The notes beneath the pieces are model-generated. The model saw nothing but the letters and a program-made list of their open reading frames with translations. It did not search any database and had not been told where the DNA came from. Position numbers and translations under genes: made by a program. Below are positions 11,090 to 22,319 of a stretch of DNA of 64,000 nucleotides, one piece after another; the stretch's first letter is position 1, and each line of letters starts with the position of its first letter. Source of the stretch: Balanoglossus misakiensis (lineage: Eukaryota > Animalia > Hemichordata); contig CM082586.2 in NCBI GenBank assembly GCA_040954595.2, positions 711,123 to 775,122 of the forward strand, in the 5' to 3' direction.

Positions 11090-14000
11090 AAGTTTTGATC
11101 CAAATTTACATATAACTATCACCCATTTTAGTGCCACAGATCCTATTTGTATTTCTACAAATTTGGTTCTCGAATTCTTGTAGCCATAAGGTATATGTTT
11201 AAGTTTTACCATGATGAGTCTGTGTCCACATGGTGCCAAGTGGTCTTTTTCAAGGATTATTTCAATTTTTTGGGAATGTGTCATTACCATAGAAACTTCC
11301 TAAGGCTGTATATAATAGTTAATTTTGCACTTTATCATGTATATTCCATTTATGTAAGTTTTGCAACCTCTAAAGGACAAAGTTGCTCTCATTTGACACG
11401 CGAAGTGTGTTCTGCCTTGCGTGTCAAAAGATAGCTACGTTGTCCTTTTAATTTTTGTGGCTTCATGCTGAAATCCCTACCTAAATCCTTTTGTGTGTTT
11501 AATGTAAATAATTTCCAACCTGATAATCTTTTGTAAATGTTTTGATAGAAGCCAATCGTTCTGAAGCACTGTTGTAACACTGGTTGTGTGTAGTGTTTCG
11601 TGAACCAAAGTCACAGACACAGTCTTCCTGTATAAGGCTCTTTATGTCTCTAAATTTTACTGGGTATCAACTTCACTAGACTATATTCAATTACTCCAAC
11701 TTCATTTATGCACGTTGCAATACGGTAAAAAATACAAAACTTTGGGAACCTCGCAAGCAGTTCCAAATACATGCAAAACTTGCGGACAACTCTGAAGGTG
11801 TACTCATTACATTTCCGTAATGAGTCTCAGAAAATGATTAAATTGACACCCCGACAAACTAAGGACAAGTTCATGGTTCTGCACCACGAGAGACTTCAAT
11901 GTTCAAGACAACAAAAGTAAAGTCTTCAAGCTGATATTGTGTTATAATCATGACAGTTTCATCAGTCATTACTTAAAACCTACATGTCTGATATTACATT
12001 TCAGTTCACGGATTAATTCCTACAAAAAATGACCATTTGAAGACATGCAAGTATCAGTGCAATTATTCAAATGTTCATTTGTCCTTCTGGTGAAGTTTTC
12101 CCTCTTTGCAGAGATAAACTGAAACTGTTGTGGTGTGCTCTCACTGCCCAAATACTGCTGCCCAAAAATGATCTTGTAGTTTCTTTATGTCCCGGAAATG
12201 GAATTATTTTGAGCTTGTTTCCAATTCCCCCAAATACCATTTTATTTAAATTTCAAACAGCCATGTCATCATACTATCATGTTTTACTCGGCATATTCAA
12301 AGGGGATTAATTACATTAGTTACATATTTTATTTCTGTCTCATGTACTAAATTGTCAACTCCAGAATCTTCACCTGTCTACATATCATCCAATGATAATC
12401 AAAAGTCAGATTTTTTTAAGGGAATTTATATTTTATCGTTAAGGAGGATAAATCAGAAGATTTTCAGATCATAACACTCAGGATTATATTTGATAGAAAT
12501 CGGAATATTTTTATTGAGCACATGATGATAATTTAACACCATCTTTGTTACATTGTTATCGTTACAGACAATGGTACCTCCACTAGTCGTTGTGAACACA
12601 CACCAGTGGACTATGGGTACTATTTGTGGTAATAAGGCAACGTCACAAGCAATTGCAGATCTAGCTTATCAGGCAGGCCGTCATTTCATATGTATTTACA
12701 TCTGTTCATGCTTGCTGCTTAGGAGGAGAATAAACTGCTGAAAATAACAACTTTGTCAATACATAGTTCATGTTTTGTCATCCCATGTATGCAGCCTGTG
12801 TAAATGTCTTATTCATAGTGACTACTTTGCTAAACGCATGCCTGCTTGCTAGAGTTATTGATTCATGCTTTATCTTGCAGAGCGAGTCCAACAGGACAGC
12901 ACTATATACAGTTAGTATTTGTGAAACTGCAACCTTGTGAAAATAAGCATTGTACTCATCCACTTTGGATATGCATGTGCTACAAGTTGTGATGTGAATA
13001 ATTAACTGTGTTTGCAATAACTAATGCTACACATGATGGTAGTGTGAAAATGTTAAGTTACTGTATGTCCGTGAAATGGGCTATCAGTTCAACTCAGTGC
13101 AGAGTACACATCTCTGGGGTTTGAAGCTTGGGCATTCAATCTTTTATTTCAGTTATACCATGCATGCAGTTGAACTGAAATAGGACAATGTATAATTTTG
13201 TGTGTAACCTATTGTGCTGCAGGTGTTATCATCTTTTAGTCTGGCAAACAATCTGTCATTTTTTAAAGAAAAGTACAAAAGATTGGCAGGTGAATATTGT
13301 TTTAATAAATTGCTATTGACATGTACTTGGTTATAAATTTCTGGTATGTTTTGGAAAGATTGGTTCTTGTGAGTTTGCCTTGGAAGGCTTGCTTAACCAA
13401 TGTGTCACACCCAACAGACAATGAGACATTGTTCCTAGCAAGCAAACTGTAAATGATAAAGTTAAATGTTCATTCAAGTTATCAGAACTTTGTATTTTTC
13501 TGTGGTTTTAATGTTTTGTTTTAGTCTTGCAAAATAAAAGGCTTGTTAAATTGCTTTATGGTCTCATAGTGTATCTGATGTGACAATGACAAACTGGTTA
13601 AGACTTGAAATGAAGAAATAGGATGTAAACCCTCCAACAGAGTAAAAAACGAAAATACGGATCAGTGGCCATTTCTACCGCTGGCTGCGCTATAACTGAC
13701 CTAGGTCATAGGTCAAACTTTGCGGAGCCATGAGGGTACCCGGCATGCATGCTTAGAACTCCTGACAAGTTGCTGTGACAGTCTGGAGGCTTGGATCTGC
13801 TATATATGTTCGGCAGCTACTTTTCAAGTGTGGTAGGTAGGTACGTATTCTGTCATAGTTGTGATACAAATCTGTTGTGGTGATCTTCGGTTGGCTGTTT
13901 CAGGTACGCACGCGAGTGACGCGTCAGCGTTTAGAGTGTGTATTAATTGTGTATGCAAACACTTCGAGTGGCAGGAATTCACCGTTTCCACGTTAGACAA

Positions 14001-14323
14001 GTACTGCCGGTACTATTATAATTTCGTCCATGATGTCGCCCAGCACAGTCACCGTTGCTGAATCCATGCTACATCATACAGCAAAAACAAAATTGCCACG
14101 TGTGAAACGGAGTACCTTGCCATGCTGGAGGATGCATGCTGGGGGTGTACTTGCAACCATCATCCAGCTGTGTCAGTCATTGAGTACCGTTTGAGGGCGC
14201 CCCAAAGTGAACTTGGGGTGTTCTTATGCAAATGAAGCTATCTAATTAATCTAATCAAATTGCTCATTTCTTTGCAGTGTTGAAACACTGTTCACCACTG
14301 GACTTGGGGAAATCTGATTCATC

Positions 14324-17209
14324 ATGACTTCCAACGAAATGGACAGATGTAATGTTGATGCATCAAAAGATACGGGTGATGAGACCAAGCAGGAAATTGG
14401 AGGAAGCACGGATGGAGTTACTCTGAATGCAAAGAAGATGAAAGACAGGGAGAAGAGTTTTGTTTGTGAGATTTGTCATGCCACATTTGGGAAAAAGTGT
14501 GGGCTGACATCACACGCAACAATTCATGACACAAGTCCGAAAGTCTTCAAGTGTGAGCGCTGTCCCTTCAAGGCAAACAGAAAGGTCAACTTGGGAAGAC
14601 ATATGGTGAAACACCGAAATCAAGAAGCAGTTGCTAAGAGATTTAAATGCGATGTGTGTCCGTATAGGTGCCGTCAGATGTCACATTTGCTTTGTCACAA
14701 GAGAATTCATAGTGGGGCTAAACCCTATAAGTGTAAACTATGTGACTATGTTGCAAGACAGAGTAGCCACATCTACATGCACATGAGGACACACCGTCCT
14801 GCAAGTACCGGTAGAAGTAAAAAGCGTCGTCAAGAATCAGAGAAATCGAAAAATAGTGAACATAATGATGACAAGAAAAAAACTTTCAAATGTAAGTACT
14901 GCGACTATACAACAGGCTTTGCGAAGAACTTCAAAATTCATGTGAGTAAGAAACATGAGAAGCGACCACCTGGCAAACCGTATAAATGTGATATGTGCTC
15001 TGTGTCTTGTCGTTATTCGTTCAATTTGACCGTTCATAAAAGAATTCATACGGGGGAGAGACCATATAAATGTGAGTTGTGTGATTTCGCTGCAGCACGG
15101 AGTGATACCGTCAAAGTCCACATGAAGAAAAAACACCAGAAAAAGCACAAGAATTCAGAAGCTGAAGATTCCCTCCACATGAAGAAAAAACAACAGAAAA
15201 AGCAGCTCAAGAATTCAGAAGCTAAGGATTCCCTCCTCATGCAGAAAAAACAACAGAAAAGGAACAAGAATTCAGAAGCTGAGGATTCCTTTTTCGAATG
15301 TGAGATGTGTTCCTTTACTTGTCGTTCCCCGTTGAAGTTCAGACTCCATCAAAGCAAACACAAAAATCCCTTCACATGCAAGTTCTGCAGTTACGTCACC
15401 TCACGCGTCTCCTGTATTAGAACTCATGTGCAGAGAAAACACAAGAAGTTACAAGCTGTGAACAAACTTTATAAATGTGATGTCTGCGCATTTGCAAGTC
15501 ATCGGCCGTGGACACTGAAAATGCACAAGAGAACTCATACGGGCGAAAAACCCTACAGATGTAAACTCTGTGATTTCGCTTCCGCGCAAAGCAGCAACTT
15601 CAGAAGTCATATGCAGGTTAAGCATAAAGATCAAAAACCTGAAGAAAGCACATGTACATATAAATGTGATTCATGCTCGTATATGTGTAACAGTCCAGGG
15701 AGTTTGAAACGGCATCAAAAAATTCACTTGGTAGACCAACCCTTCAAGTGTAAATACTGCGACTACTCTGCCCCTCACATGAAAAACATCAGAATCCATA
15801 CAAAGAAGAAACATAAGAAAGAAGTAACAGTTCCTGTACCAAGACGGCACAAATGCGATATCTGTTCATATTCTTGTCGCTTTCCAGGAAATCTGAATGC
15901 CCATAAAAAGATTCACGCCGTTAGCCAGTCCTTGAAATGTAAATACTGTGATTTCATTGCAGTTAAGAGTAAAAGTATCAAAATTCACATGAAGAAGAAA
16001 CACAAGAATGAAACGGTCACAAAATCATATCAATGTGACCTGTGCCCATATAATGGTCGCTTTCTGGCAAATCTGATCGCTCACAAAAGAATTCACTCCG
16101 GTGTTGACAAGTCTTTCAAATGTGTGCACTGTGATTATGTTTCAAGTCAGAGTAAAAATATGAAAATCCACATGATGAAGAAACACAAGGATGTATCTGT
16201 TCAAAGGCCTTATAGATGCGATATGTGCTCCTATACCTGTCGCTTTCCTCAGAATCTGTCTGTCCATCGAAGAATTCATACGGGTGAGAGGCCCTTCAAG
16301 TGTGCTCTCTGTGACTACGCTTCAACTCAAAGTAGCAACTTCAAAAGACATATGATGAGACACGAAAGCGAAGAGAAGAATAACTGTGCCCTCAGTAAAG
16401 TGAAGCGCAGTGGAGATCATGCAGTTGTACCGACTGAAAAGAGATATCAGTGTTTCACGTGTAACAGCTCGTTTGAAAACAAGCTTGATTGGCTGAAGCA
16501 TGTGAAAGAATTCCAATGTAATTATACAAGCGGAGAAGAGCACGGTCGAGACGACCCTGGAGAAATCGGCAGCCATGCTCGATCTGAAGAAACTCTGCTG
16601 GAATGCAGTCGGTGTCCGTTCAAAACTTTGAACTCTTCCGACTATAAAGCTCATGTGGCTCTGCATGAAAACTACAAATCCTTCGATTGTTCATTATGCA
16701 AATATGCGACTCCATTTGAACTGTTGTACAAGGACCACATGGAGGAACATTTACAGCAGGTTGACATTGTCAAATATTTTGATAAGCGCAGTAAGAAGTT
16801 CGTTTGCAAGTTGTGTGATCAGACATTCTCAGATGTGAGTGAACTTGAGGTCCATCTTGAATTGCATCTGGCGGATGAAGGCAATACAGAAACCAGACAT
16901 TCACCGGTGAATGATATGAGGCAAGGATTTGAATCTTTCAGTGAAAGTGATGTATTGACCCAAAGATGTGAGGCTCCTGATTCTGTGAGAAATATTCCTG
17001 AAACATGGATCATTGGGGAAAGCATTACAGATCTGAGCAACGAGGAAGTAGAGGCGTTTATGAAACAGGAAGAAGGAAATCAAGACAAACCTTTTGTTTG
17101 TCAATATTGTAACAGAGGCTTTGATGAAAACAATGTATGGCAAAAACATGTACAAAGACATTTTATGAAATGGCCAACCAAAAAAATAACTTCTTACTCA
17201 CATTTTTGA
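14324..17209 (+). CDS. Multi-C2H2 zinc-finger protein, 961 aa, single coding exon
   Basis: More than 20 CxxC..HxxxH fingers with TGERPY/TGEKPY linkers; acceptor at 14277; probable non-coding exon ending near 13832. Confidence 0.95.
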   Translation: MTSNEMDRCNVDASKDTGDETKQEIGGSTDGVTLNAKKMKDREKSFVCEICHATFGKKCGLTSHATIHDTSPKVFKCERCPFKANRKVNLGRHMVKHRNQEAVAKRFKCDVCPYRCRQMSHLLCHKRIHSGAKPYKCKLCDYVARQSSHIYMHMRTHRPASTGRSKKRRQESEKSKNSEHNDDKKKTFKCKYCDYTTGFAKNFKIHVSKKHEKRPPGKPYKCDMCSVSCRYSFNLTVHKRIHTGERPYKCELCDFAAARSDTVKVHMKKKHQKKHKNSEAEDSLHMKKKQQKKQLKNSEAKDSLLMQKKQQKRNKNSEAEDSFFECEMCSFTCRSPLKFRLHQSKHKNPFTCKFCSYVTSRVSCIRTHVQRKHKKLQAVNKLYKCDVCAFASHRPWTLKMHKRTHTGEKPYRCKLCDFASAQSSNFRSHMQVKHKDQKPEESTCTYKCDSCSYMCNSPGSLKRHQKIHLVDQPFKCKYCDYSAPHMKNIRIHTKKKHKKEVTVPVPRRHKCDICSYSCRFPGNLNAHKKIHAVSQSLKCKYCDFIAVKSKSIKIHMKKKHKNETVTKSYQCDLCPYNGRFLANLIAHKRIHSGVDKSFKCVHCDYVSSQSKNMKIHMMKKHKDVSVQRPYRCDMCSYTCRFPQNLSVHRRIHTGERPFKCALCDYASTQSSNFKRHMMRHESEEKNNCALSKVKRSGDHAVVPTEKRYQCFTCNSSFENKLDWLKHVKEFQCNYTSGEEHGRDDPGEIGSHARSEETLLECSRCPFKTLNSSDYKAHVALHENYKSFDCSLCKYATPFELLYKDHMEEHLQQVDIVKYFDKRSKKFVCKLCDQTFSDVSELEVHLELHLADEGNTETRHSPVNDMRQGFESFSESDVLTQRCEAPDSVRNIPETWIIGESITDLSNEEVEAFMKQEEGNQDKPFVCQYCNRGFDENNVWQKHVQRHFMKWPTKKITSYSHF
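15120..15290 (+). repeat. Three tandem 57-60 bp coding repeats in ZNF gene 1
   Basis: HMKKKHQKKHKNSEAEDSL / HMKKKQQKKQLKNSEAKDSL / LMQKKQQKRNKNSEAEDSF; the DNA unit aagaattcagaagct occurs three times. Confidence 0.85.
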
Positions 17210-17252
17210 GATGGCCGACTTCATTATCTGAATTGGTCTGATTAAAGTAGCA

Positions 17253-17287
17253 CTCTACAGAGGAATATGGTGGGGTGAAAGGGTTAA
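17253..17287 (+). mobile_element. Partial MITE end in ZNF gene 1 3' UTR
   Basis: ctctacagaggaatatggtggggtgaaagggttaa matches the terminal part of the 90-bp MITE family. Confidence 0.5.
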
Positions 17288-19233
17288 AGGTGATAATGGT
17301 TGCATTAGAGTTTACAGTGATTTTGACGAAATTTCACCCATTGAGACAAGTTTATCTGTCTCATGCTGACACTGATCCAGATGAAGCTGTAATGTCAGCG
17401 GTGATTTGTATCCAGTTTGTGTATTAAATGTGTATTTTATTCATTTTGACTTGAATTTCCAATATGAATGCTGAAACTCAAGAATTTATGTTTTTGATTT
17501 TTTTTTACTTATTCATGTATTCCCACTGCCAAAGTCGATTATATTTTCAGTTATTTAACAGTAGTTATTAACAAGATAGAAACTAACATGTTGACTAACA
17601 AACTTTGCTCATTAAATCCTGGAAACAAAACAAAAGTGTCAAATAGTATTTGGTGAGAGATTTCAGCAATTTATAAGCACACGGTGTGAGGTGCTAAGTG
17701 CATTTTTGTTGAAATTTACATATTCAAGGTACATTTTTGTAGAATTTTGAGTGTTTAATACCAAGAAATAAACTTTCTATTAGTATTAATGACAGCCATG
17801 TGTCTTTGTATCTTCATATCAGATCACTTGAATTCAATAGGACGTTCACCATTGTGCGGATACTGAGAAACAAAGTAATCCATTTGAAGTATTCTAGAGG
17901 GCGCTACCACAAACCCAGCCTCGCTCGAGAACCTGGAATATATTTTTGCATACGTTTGGCATCAATTTCCTAACCAGCTAACAGTTGCTGTCTATTGTCA
18001 GCTAAGGAGCACATACAACTTTGTGCTTTTGTCCTGCATGTTTTCTCTTGTGCAAAAGTGAGGAAATATATACCGCAAGTGCAGAATGAGATGCATACTT
18101 CGTCATATCATTTACTTCACTCAGAATGCAGCAAGTTACTGTCACGGGGTCGATAACAGACAGGCGATCAACATTTGTATTTGCAGCTGGCCCTGCCCCC
18201 CTACCCCATGCCCCAATTTGAAGGGCAAGTCAGCGCGACCCATGTGACCTTCCAGGAAAAGGGTTTAGCAAAGGTCAGTGGCTGTACCCAGCATGCCGTG
18301 TGCTTCTGATGGCGTCCCATTCTGGATGAGTTGGAGGGGAATTTTGGTAAGTTTTTAATCGAAGTTTTCTGACTTAGACGCAGGTGACTGGGTTAACATT
18401 CAAGTTTTGATCAGTCTGTGTAATGACTACGGTGATTTCAGGGTCTGTCAGCGCGTACGTCGCTTTCAGCCACAGACCTGTTGACCGGTCGGCCTCGACG
18501 AGTTAGTCTGGTCTAGACAAATTCCGATACACACTCGAGGTGCGAGTTCACGACGCGACAACTTGTTGCTGCAAGTTTATTTCGAGTATGTTCGGTCTAG
18601 TAATTACGATCTCACATATATTGTGTTTCACATATTGCGCACACTGCGTCAGTCGATGGTTTCTGAAGTTAATTTCAGCTAGTTTTAAAACTTCTCAGCA
18701 TGGTAGACAAGTTGGTAAGAACCCGGATGTTCGATGAGTAATCACGTGACTGATATGTCGTGCAATCAACATGCAACATGGGTCTTCAAGTAATCGGTTA
18801 CAATCAATGCAAAAAAAATGGTGCAATCTTTTCAAATTATCAATCATATTTCTCACAAAAATCGAGATTTAACAGTTTTATTAATTTCCATTGTTAGGTT
18901 GGTATTTGCATAACAATATTATGAGTTGACAAAAATAAATAAATGGGTACTTTTTATTGATCCCTGGTTTCCGATTACTTCTTGTCGATGTGTTTTTGTT
19001 TTAGAAAGCATTTGTTTTTTTATTTAAATATTTATCAGCTGAACCCATTTATATTTTGATAAAAAAACTACAATAATTGATTTAAATATGTTCTGAAAAA
19101 TTCTGAAACTTATTCTCAAGTGATGTCCATATCAGAGAACTTATCGCTTTCAACCATCTCTCATTTGTTCACAGTTCAACAAATTCAACATTAAATTCTT
19201 TAATCCGGAGCTTTAGGACTCGGCCGTGTCAAC

Positions 19234-20916
19234 ATGTCTTCCAGTGATGTAGATATCTGCACTGTAGATGCAACAGAAGATGGTGAATTGGAAGAAACCA
19301 AAGAAATAAAAAGAGAAGAGTTAGATTCTGATATTGATATGACTACATTCAGTCCAGTCACAGCCAAGGTAACTGATGCTGACGTGATATTTCCGTCCGA
19401 AGTGGAAATGACGCGTACGTACTCATGCCTGCTTTGTGACTTCAGCTGTGATGCGAGAGATGACATGGAAGAACATCAGAAAACCCACTCTGGAGCGAAA
19501 TCTTTCCACTGCAAATTCTGTTCATACAAGACAACCCAGGAAGGGAACTTGCATCGACACGTACAGACACATCTACGGATGAAACTCTTCAAGTGTTCGT
19601 ATTGTGACTTTGCGTCGCCTCACAGACCGGTTCTGGTCAACCATGAACGGGTGCACACTGGGGAGAAACCTTTCAAATGTGACCAGTGTCCCTACAGCTG
19701 CCGACAACAAGGTCATCTGGTGTCACACAAGCGAGTTCACTCTGGAGACCGACCTTATAAATGCAAGCATTGTAACTACGCCACATCACAGAGCAATCAT
19801 TTGAAAACACACATGAAGAGACATATGGGAATCCGACCGTACCAGTGTAGTTACTGCAACTACAGTTGTAGAGAGAGGGGCACTTTGATCATCCATCAAC
19901 GTATACATACAGGCGAAAAGCCTTTCAGTTGTAGTCTGTGTGGCTATCGCACCGGTCGCAAATCGCACTTACAAGAACATTTGAAAACGCATACAGGAGA
20001 AAAACCTTATAAGTGTGAGATCTGTGATTTTTCCACCGCTCAGCATCCACATATGATTATGCACACTCGCAAGCACACCCGCGAAAAACCATTTCAGTGT
20101 GAGGAATGCCCGTATCGAGCGATGTGTCCCAGTGCACTGAAAGTACATCGCCGAATGCACACATGCAATGAAGCATTCAAATGTAGATTCTGCACCTTCT
20201 CAAGCAGCCGACAAGTGTTTGTGAAAAATCACATTGCACAGGTACATGCCCTGACAGAAGCACTTGAATGCGACAGATGCCCTTTCAAAACTTATGAGAT
20301 GTCTGACTATAAAGCACACGTGGAATTGCATGAAAATCACAAATCCTATGATTGTACACTTTGCAAGTATTCAACTCCTTTTCAAATCTTGTACAACAGA
20401 CACAAGGGTGAGCATTTGAAAAAAGCTTCAGAGTATTTCAACAAATCCTGCATGCGATATTGTTGTAAGATGTGCCCTTTCACATGCACTGATGCAATCG
20501 GCATAGAAACTCATCTCAAGACACACTCAGACAGTACAAACACTGGCTTACCATCTCCCAGTGTTGGTGCCCTACAAAAATCAAAGTACCAAAGTAAGCC
20601 AGAGTCTACATTGATATATCCATCTCATGAAAACGGTCCTTTCATCTTGAACGGGAGCACTCCAGACTCTCCAACTGAAGCAACTGTGGGAACTCTCCCA
20701 GACGTGCCTATAAGTGCAGATTGTTCTGTGATACCAGTCACCTATGAAAGCATCACGGATCTCACTAATGAAGAAGTCGAGGTCGTCATGAAACAGGAAG
20801 GAGCCAGACCAAACAAACCTTATGTTTGCCAATATTGTGATAGAGGATTTGATGACAACAATGAGTGGCAAAAACATGTACAAAGACATTTCATGAAATG
20901 GCCAACCAAAAAATAA
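19234..20916 (+). CDS. Multi-C2H2 zinc-finger protein, 560 aa, paralog of 14324-17209
   Basis: Tandem fingers with HTGEKP linkers; shares C-terminal modules with the upstream gene; donor at 18346, acceptor at 19173. Confidence 0.95.
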   Translation: MSSSDVDICTVDATEDGELEETKEIKREELDSDIDMTTFSPVTAKVTDADVIFPSEVEMTRTYSCLLCDFSCDARDDMEEHQKTHSGAKSFHCKFCSYKTTQEGNLHRHVQTHLRMKLFKCSYCDFASPHRPVLVNHERVHTGEKPFKCDQCPYSCRQQGHLVSHKRVHSGDRPYKCKHCNYATSQSNHLKTHMKRHMGIRPYQCSYCNYSCRERGTLIIHQRIHTGEKPFSCSLCGYRTGRKSHLQEHLKTHTGEKPYKCEICDFSTAQHPHMIMHTRKHTREKPFQCEECPYRAMCPSALKVHRRMHTCNEAFKCRFCTFSSSRQVFVKNHIAQVHALTEALECDRCPFKTYEMSDYKAHVELHENHKSYDCTLCKYSTPFQILYNRHKGEHLKKASEYFNKSCMRYCCKMCPFTCTDAIGIETHLKTHSDSTNTGLPSPSVGALQKSKYQSKPESTLIYPSHENGPFILNGSTPDSPTEATVGTLPDVPISADCSVIPVTYESITDLTNEEVEVVMKQEGARPNKPYVCQYCDRGFDDNNEWQKHVQRHFMKWPTKK

Positions 20917-21507
20917 GAACTCTCCCATAGCCAAATAGATTATGCACTACAAACTGATACAATTATTATGAAATATGCAATCTTTGATAAAATGTAAATA
21001 ATTTAGGCATAAATTTTGTAATTTCGTACTTATCTACCTTTGACCAATATTTTTATAGTACTGATACATTAGGAATATTTTTGTGTACTCAACATTTTGT
21101 ACAATTGTCATAAACAAGAAATGAATTCATAGAGTTTGATACCAAATTGTATTTACTATTTTTTGATAATTTTAGTTAGATTTGTATTTAGAATAACTGC
21201 CTGGCGTGAAATGTCAACAAATGATTCTCATAAAATTCAACCATGCACGTTTTAATTATCAATGGCCTCAAGGAGAATTACTCTTTTGTGACTTGCATAC
21301 CAGTTTTATAATGTTTATAACATTTTGTATCATTCTTGATATTTTCTAGTAAAAACAAAGTTACACTTAATGGGAAAATTGTTTGTGTCTTGCATTGTAT
21401 TGTGTATGCTGTGAAACAGATGCAGACTAATAAAAACGTAAGTGTGACGATAGAGGGAGCTTCAATTTAACTTTGACCTCGTTTGCCGGTAGTCTGTTCG
21501 TCCAAAC

Positions 21508-22319
21508 ATGGCGTTGGTAAGATACGCAGCTGCACGCTTCACCAGGAATTTGGCCGTTTACGGGTAAGATATTGGGTTTTAATTGCATGGTCTTCTTTTT
21601 AAGTTGCTCGTCCGACCGATCGCCGTGAAGTTTGAAATGTGACAGCTCAGGTATATATGGGTATACAGCGTACCGAGCATGCGTACGTGCGTTAGTTTGA
21701 GTACACTGTACAGTCTGATAAAACCGAAGGTGACGTTAAGAAAATCACTTCACTGGTGTTTACACTAAGTCTTTTGCATGTACAACACATTCTGAATATA
21801 TAATGGAGGTCTAGGAATTTTATTTTGCTAAGAAGAGACCGTGGCTTAATGGTGCCCGTTGATGGGTGGGTTAATTGACCTATCGAAATCACGTGACTTT
21901 TCTAATGGACACGTTAGTGAAATGTACGTGACCTGTCCATGTCCCCAGCCAGGACAGCAGTCGAGTCTTGCTGGGGACTGCACTGTGTCTTAGATTTATA
22001 GGTGAAGTCTATGACTATATGTGACAGTGGTTTAATACCATACACCATTTGCAATTTACTATTTTTCTCTCCTTCACCCTCAGTCAAGTTCGAATGATGA
22101 CTGGCCATGGTGAATTCGGTTCTGGTGCTGGAAAGGTATGTCATTATTGTAATCATTGCTGTAAGATTAATTTTAAGAGTTGTATCCTTTGACAAGACTT
22201 AATACATGTCTTACTTTTTTATTCTGTAGGGAGGTGGTTCAGGAGGTGCTGTGAGGGATGCAGGTGGTTCTTTTGGTAAAATGGAAGCAGCCCATGAAGA
22301 ACAATATTTCAGAAAATTA
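21508..22319 (+). CDS. ATP5IF1: Mitochondrial ATPase inhibitor IF1, exons 1-3 (terminal coiled-coil exon not found)
   Basis: Exons 21508-21563, 22084-22135, 22230-22319 give [66 protein letters not shown]: an Arg-rich presequence plus the IF1 signature. Confidence 0.9.
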
